Positions 12,841 through 24,560 of a stretch of DNA of 64,000 bases are shown piece after piece; position 1 is the first letter of the stretch, and every line of letters begins with the position of its first letter. The stretch is taken from the NCBI GenBank assembly GCA_951406725.2, contig OX597822.1, positions 23,250,001 through 23,314,000 of the forward strand, read 5' to 3'. The translations under genes and the position numbers were made by a program. The notes below the pieces were generated by a model, which ran no database searches, was not told where the DNA came from, and saw only the letters and a list, made by a program, of their open reading frames with translations. The DNA is from Octopus vulgaris. Its lineage: Eukaryota.

Positions 12841-14435
12841 TGAGATGTTTCTTTCCAATAAAATATTACAGCTAATGCCATTCCACATTTGTAAACTGGC
12901 ATGCCATTGGTTAAGCCGACGAGGGTTCTGGTGGGTCTGGTCAATGAACATCCTGCTTATGAATCTACCATGCAAGTGGTTCAGCACTCCACAGACATAC
13001 ACACTCTTAACATAATTCTTAAGGAGATTCAATGACACAGAATGTGACAAGGCTGGGCTTTTGAAAAACAAGCACTACATATTCTTGTCAGCTGAGTGAA
13101 CTAGAGAAATGTGAAATAAAGTGTTTTGCTCAAGGACGCAAAATGTCATCAGGAATTGAACTCACAACCTCACAGTTGTGAGCTGAATACCCTAAGCAGT
13201 AAGCCATGAGCCTTCATTCCACATTTGTATATACACTGTAAATATTACACACACTAGCATTTTAATCTAAGGCTTCAAGTGCAAATATTAATTTGATTAA
13301 CTTAATTCACAACACACCAGACATTAACAGAGTGAACAATAACGGATTTGCAATTAAGAATAACCATAAAAACAGACACAGAAGCCATATCTTTAACCTT
13401 TTCTAAGCACAAAATACACAGCTTTATCATTAACTGCTATATGAAGCCAGTGTTTCAAACAGAATTTAACAAAAGGTTTTTATAGAAGACTAAACAGCCA
13501 TAGCCAGATTTGCCTGGATTTATTATTAACTAAAATAAATACAATCACATGAATTCACTATATTTTGAATTAAATTGCTTAAAAAAGTTTTTTTTTAATG
13601 ATGCTGACAATCTTCAGTTGGTCTGGAAACGTTGATTAAATTTAGAACTGTTGTATTCAGAAGATGATTCAAACTGAACTTCATAAGAATGCACAAAAAT
13701 AATAAAGAAAGAAACCTAGATGCTAAAATAAAATTTTGCTCTTTACCGTTTTTCTAAGTAAAAAAAAAGTGTAAGAATGTGTTTCTTCTATATTTTGGGT
13801 TTTTTTCTTCAAATTACATTACTTATTTAAATAATTACCCTAAACGAATATGAATGTACATAGCCAAGTGATTATTAGTGTTGCCCTCACAATTGCATGA
13901 ACATGGTTTCAATTCCTGAACTGGGCAGTGCATTGTGTTCTTGAGCAAAACATTTTGTTTCATGATGCTACAGTCCACTCAGCTGTAAATGAGTAATCCT
14001 GAAACAGACTGGTGTTCTGTCCGGTGGGAATGCTGTGATCTGGGTCACTTATAAGCTCTGGAAACTGGGCAGCCAGCCCTATGATTCCTAGGAACTTAAT
14101 GCTTTCGTAAAAAGAGACTGATAGAATGGGTACCAGATTTAGAAAAAAATAAGTAGTGGGGTTGATTTGTTCAACTAAACCATTCAAGGCAGTGCCCTCA
14201 AAATGACCACAGTCCACTGATTAAAACATAAACACTAAAAAAAAAGAAGTTTTAATGTGAACACTTTAACCCTTTTGTTACCAACCCAGCCAAAACTGGC
14301 TCTGGCTCTGTAGTACAAATGTCTCGGTTTCATAAGTTTTGAATTAAAATTTTCCCCCAAACCTTAGTCCCAATTTATGTTCCCAACACTAGCTTAATGA
14401 TAATGAAGTTATTTTACTAAATTCTTTGTTATATT

Positions 14436-14574
14436 TGCAGCGTGGAAGGTGTTTATAAGCCATTTAAGAAACACACAAAAGCCGTTCAATTCACTTCAAC
14501 ATTTAAGTTTAATTTGTCAAAATATTTTCGTCGCTAAAATCCGCGACCTGTTCACTGACAAAGTCCGTGCTGCA
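14436..14574. mobile_element. About 139-bp element carrying the G3:C8 hammerhead, nested in a piggyBac-type MITE
   Basis: Imperfect 11-bp terminal inverted repeats TGCAGCGTGGA / TCCGTGCTGCA. It interrupts the surrounding MITE sequence. Confidence 0.6.
14513..14562 (-). ncRNA. Minimal type-I hammerhead ribozyme with G3:C8 covariant core
   Basis: Minus strand UUUGUCA-GUGAACA-G-GUCGC-ggauuuua-GCGAC-GAA-AAUAUU-U^-UGACAAA. It has a 7-bp stem I, a 5-bp stem II, a palindromic stem III and a UUU cleavage triplet. Confidence 0.72.
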
Positions 14575-16055
14575 TCTAAGAAAGTAACAGTTAGTTTGTC
14601 ATATATATGTACGTATGTATGTGTGTATGTATGCATACATGTGTGTATGTATGTACGTATGCATGTACGCACATACGCCTGTGTATGCATGTATGTATCT
14701 ATGTATGTATGTGTGTATGTTTGTATGTATATATGTATGTGTGTGTATGTGCACGCACAAAGTGATTTACGACGCTTACTCCCAAAACTATACCCTAAAA
14801 TCTATTATCAGATTTTTATCTCTATATCACAGAACTATTGTGCGTGAAAGAAACACAGAGCACCACAAAATAAATACGGTAACGAAAGGGTTAAAATAGG
14901 TTGGGTTTGTATTGGAAGAGCAGAAGCAGGCAGATTCATCTAAGTTGATACTGAAAGTTAATGGTATACAATAAGAACATTGGCAGAACAAAATGTGTAG
15001 TTAAATTCTTGAACTGATGGCTTTTTTCTACCAGACTTTTCTCTACCAGAAGTATATCTGGTTTCTTGAATATGACCCTTACTCTGCATGTGTATCAGGT
15101 AATTGCTATACAATCATCATCATCACCATTTTAAGGTCTACTTTTCCATACTTGCATGGGTCAGACAAGAGTACATTGGGGGGAAGGTTTTCTATGGACA
15201 GATGCCCTTCTTGACACCAATTCTGAAGTGAGGTAATGAATTCCCAGTCTATTGAAACAACAAACAGCCCGGACATGGTTACATGAGAACCTGAAATAAC
15301 TGACACCATTCGAAGAAGACTTGCTTACAAAGATTGCACAAGTCAAGAGATATTGAGGAGCTTGGACATTATTTCATGGTAGACTGCATTCAAACAATGT
15401 CTGATACCATCAGAGAAACTTTGTTTACCATCAGCAAACCCACATGAAATTACAGGATATAGAAAGTCACATGCACACACAAACACTCATAGATACACAC
15501 ATGTATTTAAACAAGAGTTTATTTCAGTTTCTATCTACCAAATCCACTCACAATATTTTGGTCTACATAGTGCTATGGTAAAAGACATTTATCCAAGGTG
15601 CTACACAGTGGGACTGAAACTGAAACCATGTGGTTGTGAAGCAAGCTTCTTAACCACACAGCCATGCTTGTTTGTAAACTACATATACATATATAATTTC
15701 CCCATTTATATCTTCACCATTTTCCACTATTATTCCAGCTGGTTCAATTCCAGCTTCATGCTGATATGTCTATTTTGGTACTGCTGTGACATTGCAAAAT
15801 AAATTGTTAAAAGACAGCTTAAAAATAAAGATTGCAAGAATTTTGAATTTGAAGGTCATTACAACATTGACAATTTTGGTTTCCATATATTAAGTGTTGC
15901 TAGTAACTGTTAAAGAGATTTAGTTCCACCACACTGATTCCCAACTATGTGTGACCAAGTGGCTTAAAAAAATGTGGAAACAATGAAAAAATAAGATAAA
16001 AATAGAACTCATCCACCAAAAAGGAAAAAAAAATTCAACAAAAATATTTTACCAT

Positions 16056-16372
16056 AGGCACAGGCATGGCTGTGTGGTAAGAAGCTTGCTTCCCAACTAC
16101 ATGGTGCCGGGTTCAGTCCCACTACATGGAACCTTGGGCAAGTGTCTTCACCTATAGCTTTGGACCAACCAAACTCTTGTGAGTTGATTTGGTAGACTGA
16201 AACTAAAAGAAGCCTGTTGTGTATGTGTGTGTGTTTGTGCCCATCACCACCTGACAACCGGTGTTGGTGTGTTTATATCCCTGTAACTTGACAGTTTGGT
16301 ATCAGGGAAAAACTTCCTCAAAGTGCCCCAGCATGGTTACAGTCTAATGACTGAAACAAGTAAAAGATAAAA
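16056..16372 (+). mobile_element. SINE-A copy
   Basis: Head and tail present, with an internal deletion. Confidence 0.85.
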
Positions 16373-16876
16373 GATCTTTGATAGCATAATATATTAGATG
16401 CACCCCACAGATATATTAGATGCACCCTGGAGATATATTAAATGCACCCTAAATTCATCAGTACATATTCAGAGAAAACATCTTTTAGTGCATCAAATAT
16501 AATAAGCTCAGTGCTGCATATAGGATGTTGGATAAATTTTGAAGATATTTCTTTAGAGAAAAAGTGTACCTTATGTGCCATCAATAAGCTCAAAATACTT
16601 TTTTCATAATTTAACCCTTTTGATACCAACCTGACTGGGACTGCTTGTGCGATTCTATGATACGAATTTCATGTAAAGTGAGATGTGTTAAAAGCTTCCA
16701 TCAAAAATTTCATATTAATTTCTGTTTCAAACACTAGCTCAATAATGAAGGACTAAGTTATTTTACCAAGTTCTACATCAGTAAATCTGCTTCGACAAAT
16801 TCCGTTTAACTGACAAGACAGAGAGAAAAATGAAGAGGAAGGAAAATAGAAAGAGATAGACATAAAAAGGCATATG

Positions 16877-16957
<81 letters not shown>

Positions 16958-17705
16958 GAGTGATAGACTCCTCAACTGCTTAATAGTTCAAAAATATGAG
17001 ATGAACCCCACTATATCACAAGACTATTGCTGACAGCAGTTGGATGAGAAAGGGGTTGAAAAACTAAAAGAGACAAATCTCGAAAAAGCAAGTTCAATAA
17101 CTAACTGCTTAGAGTATCGATGCTGAAGATAAAGAATTTAGTCAAATATGTTATCTGACTTCTAAAAGTGAAGGTCATGTGTCGAATCAAACACTAGCAA
17201 GATAAATGAGATTTAGGCAGCAATATTTTCATACTAACATGATGTCATAAAATACAGATTCTTAAATTCATAACGTGACTACAAACACACACACATATAT
17301 ACACATACAGATTTGCAAAAGCAAAATGGCTGTGTATAGATGTTGTGAAGGCAATGAATAAAAGCAAAGAAAAAGTTATTTTTAACAGTGGTACTAGAAG
17401 CACAAAAAGCTATAAATACCAGCAAGTAGAATATAGGGTTAAAAAACCCTTGGATAAATATTTAGTCGAAGGCTGCCACTGGGACATGAAACAACATTAT
17501 CTATAAATGTGACAGACATTCTACCATTATATCAAAGCAACCCTTTGAATTTTCGCCTTCCATCTTAGAAGCTCCGTTCTTACCAGAGAGTTCTGCATGA
17601 TGTTTACATCAGAAGAATTTAGAAACAAAGAAGCAAAAATGACAACCCAAGGACAAGTTTTAACAAAAGCTATTAGTTTAAAACTTAAAAATTGAAGGAA
17701 AAAAG

Positions 17706-17742
17706 TTAATATTTCGGGTGCAAGTCCTTCATCAGAGGGAAA
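17706..17742 (-). ncRNA. Hammerhead-core remnant
   Basis: Minus strand CTGATGA-A-GGA-cttgca-CCC-GAAATATT. The stem I partner is absent. Confidence 0.4.
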
Positions 17743-18997
17743 GTATACAAGAGAAGTAAAGGCTATATCATTCTTGCACATATAGCCAAATTCAGATATG
17801 TTGCCAGGTATTCTAAGCAGAACAATAGAACACTGCTTCACCTGACTGTTGAGGGACTCGTGTTGGATGCTGTAAGAAAAAAAAAAAATCAATAGGGCTG
17901 GCCTCTCATTGATGGATACCACATGCTGCATGAACTCTCTGCAACAAGCTCTACTCACAAGATGTCTAAGATGGTTTGGCCATACTCTCCATCAGCCTCC
18001 AGGGAATTTGTTCACAAGGCAGTGAACTTAGCTCCTCTTCCAGGCTGGTGCAAATGAGTTGGAGGACAACTGAAGATGTGGCTGGTGATGGTGAGGACAA
18101 ACGTGGAAGCACAATTAGGCCCCCTGTGACTATGGTCTTCAGCAGTGGAACCAGAAATGGATATCCATTATAGCCTTGTCTGTGGCTGACCGTCAGATGT
18201 GGTCAGCATTCATAAGGGATGTGGTGAACTCGCTGGTCAGAACTCACCCTGGCAAATGCTGTTGCATGGAATTTACTGTTTTAAGTAAGCAAGATATAAA
18301 CAAGAGAGGAAAAGACAAGTAAAGTAGGAGACCACCTGATCATAACATTTATACTGTTTCAGTTCATCTCGCTGTTAGGGTAGGGGCCACAGCTGAGACT
18401 CAATCTTGATATCAATTAAAAAGAGGAAATATATTTATGCTATCTGACATTTGATCCAACCCCAGTGGAAATATTTGTTAACAACGCATCTGAGATCATT
18501 CATTCCCTGAGTCAACAAGGGAGCCTATATATAAGTGGGCGCTCACTCTGCTAGAAATAGCAGCCAAATCTCCCCGAAATAATACCCTACCAGTCTTCTT
18601 AATAAAAAGCAGGATTTATGTTTGACGAAAACAAAAAGTAGTTAGTTCCCTCCTTGATAAACAAAACTGATGAAATGATCATGGCTGGAATGCCTTTGAT
18701 CATTAGCCTGCAATATCATGACTGGCCTAGGGCTAAAAGAAAAACAACAACAACAATTGTCGCCATCATAACCAAATGAAAATTGAGCTTTTAACACGAC
18801 AAGGATCAATAAAGCTAATGGGTAATGAAAGAACATTAGTCATTTCAAAAGTAATGGAACATGGAATTTACCATTTTAAGCAAGCAGGAACTGAAGAGGG
18901 GAAAAGACAAAATATTCTTTTCCTTGCCTATTCCTGGTGATAATCTGTTATGCTTCCTCACTTGATTCAATATTTGTTAGCTTATAACATTATTATT

Positions 18998-19040
<43 letters not shown>

Positions 19041-19389
19041 TTACTACACACATCTTCACAACTATTTTTTGAAAGGCTAAAGATTCAGAGAGAGAGGGGG
19101 CGGGGAGGAGGAGGAAAAGTGATAAAGGGGAAATATTTTTGTTATTTTTGTGTTTTAAATTAACAAATAATTGGGTTTTCTATATTTTTTTTTTTTTACT
19201 TTTGGTTTAAAAAAAATAATCAATTGATCCAGGATTTTATTTTTATTCCTGAAAGTAGGAATTAAAGCAAATTCTAAAGCTTGGAAAAATTTTCACTACC
19301 CATGTTGCTGACCCCACCCCCGACCATCCCATCCCTTACTATACGCCCCTGCTGCCATCTTCTCCACAAAGTCTGTTGAAAAGAAAGAA

Positions 19390-19397
19390 CAGAGGGT

Positions 19398-19431
<34 letters not shown>

Positions 19432-20030
19432 ACAGTAGGAAGAGAAAGTAAAGGGGAGGGAGGAGAAAGAGAGTGAGAGAGAAAGAATGAGAAAGAGAAA
19501 TGAATGAAGGGAGAGGAAGAGAGAGAGAGAGAGAGAGAAAGAATGAGAAAGAGAATAAGAGGGGTGAGGGTAAGAGAAAGAAATAAGAAAGAGTAAAGAG
19601 GGAGAGAGATGTAGTGAATGAGAAAAAGAGAGAAAGACAGAGAGTAAAGAGAGAGGGAGAAATACAGTGAAGGAGAGAGAAAGAGAAAGATTGGGAGGAA
19701 AGAGAGGGGGGAGGTACAATGAAGGAGAGAGAGAACGAGAAAAACGAGTAAGATGGAGAGAGGGAGAGAGAGAAAGAAAGAATAAGAGAGTAGAGAGAGG
19801 GAGGGAGAGAGAGACAGTGAAGGACACAAGAAAAATGAGTAAGACGGAGAGAGGGAGAGAGAGAAAGAAAGAATAAGAGAGTAGAGAGAGGGAGGGAGAG
19901 AGAGACAGTGAAGGACACAAGAAAAATGAGTAAGACGGAGAGAGGGAGAGAGAGAAAGAAAGAGTAAGAGAGTAGAGAGAGGGAGGGAGAGAGAGACAGT
20001 GAAGGACAGAGTGAGAGAGAGAGAGAGAGT
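19390..20030. repeat. Polypurine GA-rich tract containing about three 91-bp tandem units
   Basis: cagtgaaggaca recurs at 19815, 19906 and 19997. Confidence 0.9.
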
Positions 20031-20547
20031 GCTCCCTGTGATCAGCACTAGTTTTGTTTGTTTTTGTTTTATCTTTGAAAACAAAACCTGCTACAACCAA
20101 TAATAAACGCCCAGAATCAATAGATGCTGCTTAACAAAGCAAATATAATTTCATTTTTAGAGAGAATATTGGCAAGTATTTGGCAGTATCTTTCTAAAAT
20201 AGTTTTTAAGGGTTAGAAAGGAAAGGGAGGAAAGTAAGGCATATAGGGCCCCTTATTATTTTCAAGCTTTCTTAACTGGTTAAAAGAAATATGAAAAGAA
20301 GTGGAGGAGGGTGGCTCAAGGAGAAGGGAAGAAAGGGAATAAAAAGAATGAAAATCCTTTTTCTTTTTCTTTTTTTTAACAAATAAATTCCAGAGAGAAA
20401 AAAAAAAACCTGTTTCAAGCTATTTGAGAATAAGAAATCCAAGAAAAGTGAGTTTACCATTAAGCTCTAGGGATTAAGCAGAAAGACAAAGGAAAAAAAT
20501 TCTGAAGACTGAGTGAGACAGATAGATAGATAGATAGACAAAAACAG

Positions 20548-20591
<44 letters not shown>

Positions 20592-21048
20592 GAGAGGATG
20601 AGGTGGAGAAAAGGAATCGTGGGTGATGGTAGGGAATGACTGGTGGTAGGAGGAAAACTTTAAAATAAAATAAACTATGAAAAAAAGAAACAAAAAAACA
20701 AAGAGGTGATAAAATATGTCAAGTTTGATTTTCATTTGAATCTTTTCAAACGAAGCCTTCTACAGGTTTCTTTTAAAAGACAAAAGTGAAAGTCCTCCCA
20801 CCCATCCCTGCCACCACCAGTTGAAAAATTAGTCACAAATGAAAGAAATGGAAAAAGACAAAAATTAAGAAGTATGCTACCACAACTACTGCTACTGCTC
20901 ATGAGGCAATTAGAATACTGCCAAGTTTATGATACCTAGCAAGTGTCAATGACAGCCAGTGACAGTCAGTGACAGCCAACAACAAAGACAGCTAGTGATG
21001 GTCAACATGAAAGACAGCTAGTCCGGTCAAAAACAGCAAGAAACAGTC

Positions 21049-21256
21049 AAGGCAGCGAGCTGGCAGAGTCGTTAGCACGCCGGGCGAAATGCTTAGCGGT
21101 ATTTCGTCTGCGGTTACGTTCTGAGTTCAAATTCCACCGAGGTCGACTTTGCCTACGCACTGGGGTCGATATAATTGGCTTGATCCAATTGTCTGTCCTT
21201 GTTTGTCCTCTGTGTTTGTCTCTGTGTTTAGCCCCTTGTGGGCAATAAAGAAATAA
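21049..21256 (+). mobile_element. SINE-B with internal deletion and TSD
   Basis: AAGAAACAGTCAA on both flanks. The central domain is partly deleted. Confidence 0.85.
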
Positions 21257-22247
21257 GAAACAGTCAATGGCAATCAAAAAACACTATCAACAACAGTCAG
21301 TAAAAGTGAACAAAAGTCAGTAAGTTAACAATAGTGAACAACAGTCAACAATAGTCAACAGTGAACAACTGCAGCCAATATAGAACATGTTGCATTTCAG
21401 AATCAACTCTTTGATAATCCACTCCAAAGAAAATAATTTGTCATTTAATCTCAGATCAGCTCTAACCAGATTCTTGATAAAAAAAAAAACCCCTCCAAAT
21501 TGTGACCATCTCAACATTTAAAGTTACATTATCTAACGTCTGTCTCATTATTTTTCTTTCTAAAAATACTAGGGTGTGATTTGAGGGAAATTTGGCAGTT
21601 ATTTCCAACAGACTGAGTGGTCACATAAGCATTTCAATATTACATGCAGTAAAGGGAGAGGTTGGAAGGAAACACTATACTAAATGCCATACAATATTTA
21701 GTCTCAACCCAGTTTTTTCAGAGCTCAAATAACACAAAAGTTAACTTAAGTTTCTATCATCCTTCTACAATTGATAAATATAGATCCAAATATATATCAA
21801 TTACAAACTCATCCAAAAATAAATAGGCTGACTTTTACCTAAAAAAGATATTGTTGGACACAGAGGTGACTTTGTTATTGTTAGGCCTAGCTCATCATAA
21901 AGCAAATACCACCCCCCTGAGTGATATCCAAATTACAGTGGAAAAGACAAGCCACTCGATTTGGTTAAAAAGAGACAATGTGCAATGGCTAGAAGAATAT
22001 TGAGTGAAATCTGAAAACCAGGGCCTCATTTCAGTGAGGGGGACAGTGATGATGCAATGATGTTGGGAGGTAGGCCCTGAAATTGCAAGCATTCTCTCCT
22101 GTTTCCATAAAATCGCTAGCATCCAGTGCGCAGAGCTTTCAACTGGTAGCACTTGTATCTGCAAGTGGCTTGCAAAAAAAAATATTTAAAAAATAATAGC
22201 TGATACAGATGTTGGTTGGTTGATTGATTTCTCTAATTACACTTTAC

Positions 22248-22303
<56 letters not shown>

Positions 22304-22585
22304 AAATGAGATAGAGAGTTAACATAAGAGGTACAGGATGAGTGTACTCTGCTCACAAGGCTTTGGCTGGCCAGGTGCTAAAGTACAAGTCACTAGCCCA
22401 AAGTTGTCACAGAATGGGACTGAACCTGATACCACATGGTTGGGAAGCAAGCTTCTTAACCATACAGCAATTCTAGCACATAATTACTAACACACAAAAA
22501 AAAAGAAAAACCTATTCTCAGCAATCAATATATAAGTTAAATATTCACAAATAACAGCTATCACACACACACACACATATATATA

Positions 22586-22832
22586 TCATCATCATCATCG
22601 TTTAACGTCCACTTTCCATGCTAGTATGGGTTGGACGATTTTGACTGAGGGCTGGCGAACCAGATGGCTGCACCAAGCTCCAATCTTGATCTGGAAGAGT
22701 TTCTACAGCTGGATGCCCTTCCTAACGCCAACCACTCCGACAGTGTAGTGGGTGCATTTTACGTGCCACTGACACAGGGGCCAGTCAGGCGGTACTGGCA
22801 ATGACCTCGCTCGAATCTTTTTACACATGCCA
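22586..22832 (-). mobile_element. Family C copy, 5'-truncated
   Basis: (CAT)n followed by the reverse complement of the family C 3' end. Confidence 0.85.
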
Positions 22833-23039
22833 CTATATTCTATGTTATTTTCTATATTCTATGTTATTTTCTAAATTAATTGAAATTAGGAGAAAAAGTG
22901 TAATTCAACAAAAATATAGTTTATGAAAGGGTTATGACAATATTTGGGTGTTGGTTTTGCAAGATTCCTGATGTGAAATTGTGTGTTGGAACAGATATTG
23001 TTATATTTTAGGATAGTCAATTTTTTTTTTTTTTTTGCC

Positions 23040-23432
23040 AGGCTTGGCTGCATGGTAAGAAGCTTGCTTCCTAACCACATGATTCCTGAGTTCAGTCCCA
23101 CTGCATGGCATCTTGGGTAAGCATTTTCTACTATAGCTTCAGGCTGACTACAACCTTCTGAGTGGATTTGGTAGACAGAAACTGAAAGAAGCCCATCATA
23201 TATATGTGTGTGTGTGTGTGTGCATGTGTGTGTGTTTGTTCTCCACCACCACTTGACAACTGGAATTGGTGTGTTTTTGCCTCCATAACTTAGTGGGTCA
23301 GCAAAAAAGATCAATAGAATAAGTACCAGTCTTAGAAAAATGTACTGGAGTCGACACATTCAACTAAAATTCTTCAAGGAGGTGCCCCAGCATGGTCGCA
23401 GTCTAATGACTGAAACAAGTAAAAGATAAAAA
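23040..23432 (+). mobile_element. SINE-A copy
   Basis: Near full-length match to family A. Confidence 0.85.
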
Positions 23433-23504
23433 ATAAATAAACATGCACACTATATTCATTCTTCACTTCAGATTTATTTTTGTTCTTATTTTATTGTCTT
23501 TTGT

Positions 23505-23548
23505 CTGAAAATCTATTGTCACACCTCCTGTGACCTCTTCAGCAACTC
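23505..23548 (-). ncRNA. Degenerate hammerhead-like motif, second copy of the 61.5 kb family
   Basis: Minus strand CTGAAGA-G-GTCAC-aggaggt-GTGAC-AATA (GAAA mutated). Downstream flank aligns with 61530-61600. Confidence 0.45.
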
Positions 23549-24189
23549 TCCATCCCATGTGTGATGTTTATTTCTTTGTATTTATTTTATAAAAAAAAGA
23601 CCATCCCGATATATAACATTATGACATACTTATAACAGAAATGCTTCCTTTACAGACCCATCCAACTCTTACAAACACAAAAAAAACATCTGTTGGTGAT
23701 AATAGTGTTAAAAAAATGTAAACTAATGCAAATATTAAATTCATGTTAACTTTGAAAACATTTTTGCTTGTTCATGTCATCAAATATTTGACAACAGACC
23801 CTCATTCCATTTTATCTATAAATCCACCCCCACCACCACCAAAAAAAAAAACCTCAGATAAGTTAGCAAAATGGGATACACTGCTATTATCACAGCTTGT
23901 TAGTTAACTAAACATATTACAACAGACACACCCGAATAAAAATCAATAAAACTGTCTAACTTTAGAACAGCTTTGAGATTAACTGTTTTGTGAATATATT
24001 TCTGTGGAAATACAGTGAGGCTTTGTGTCAATTAATTTCGAAAACAACAGAGGATTTAGTAAAATCACTTTGTTGTTGTTAAGTTAGTGTTTGGAACATA
24101 AATTAACATAAAACGATGATGAAAGGTTTCAATTTACACCACTTTAACCCTTTTATTTTCATAAATATTTTGAAATACATTGCTTTAAT

Positions 24190-24560
24190 CTTTTATCTTT
24201 AACTTGCTTTCAGTCATTAGACTGAGGCCATGCTGGGGCAACACCTAGAAGATTGTAGTTGAACAAATCAACCCCAGCACCTTTTTTTTATTTCAAGCCT
24301 GGCACTTATTCTATCAGTTTCTTTTACTGAACCACTAAGTTGCTGGGATGTAAACACACCAGTACAAGTTGTCAAGCAGTGGTGGTGGTGGGGGACAAAC
24401 ACACACACACACGCGACAGGCTTCTTGCAGCTCCCATCTACCAGATCCAAGGTTTTGGTTGGCCTGAGGCTACATAGTAGAAAACACTTGCCCAGGGTGC
24501 AATGCAGTGGGACTGAACCTAGAATCATATGATTGGGAAACAAGCTTCTAACCACACCTG
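24190..24560 (-). mobile_element. SINE-A copy (source of the inverted duplication at 24901-25039)
   Basis: Near full-length match to family A. Confidence 0.85.

Larger units (their letters stand above)
14270..14890. mobile_element. Non-autonomous piggyBac-type element
   Basis: TTAA|CCCTTTTGTTACC ... GGTAACGAAAGGG|TTAA: 13-bp TIRs and a TTAA target site. Related fragments occur near 3350-3640, 16610-16780 and 24020-25220. Confidence 0.82.

Noticed and set aside
19274-20100. S/L/F-rich ORFs of 214-262 aa
   Set aside because: They are translations of the CT/GA tract. The same applies to 49369-50097.
20760-20810. Minus-strand WEDF as candidate MTSS exon 2
   Set aside because: The context is DGWEDFHFCLL, with no KAxKL and no good splice sites. 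WEDII near position 120 was rejected for the same reason.
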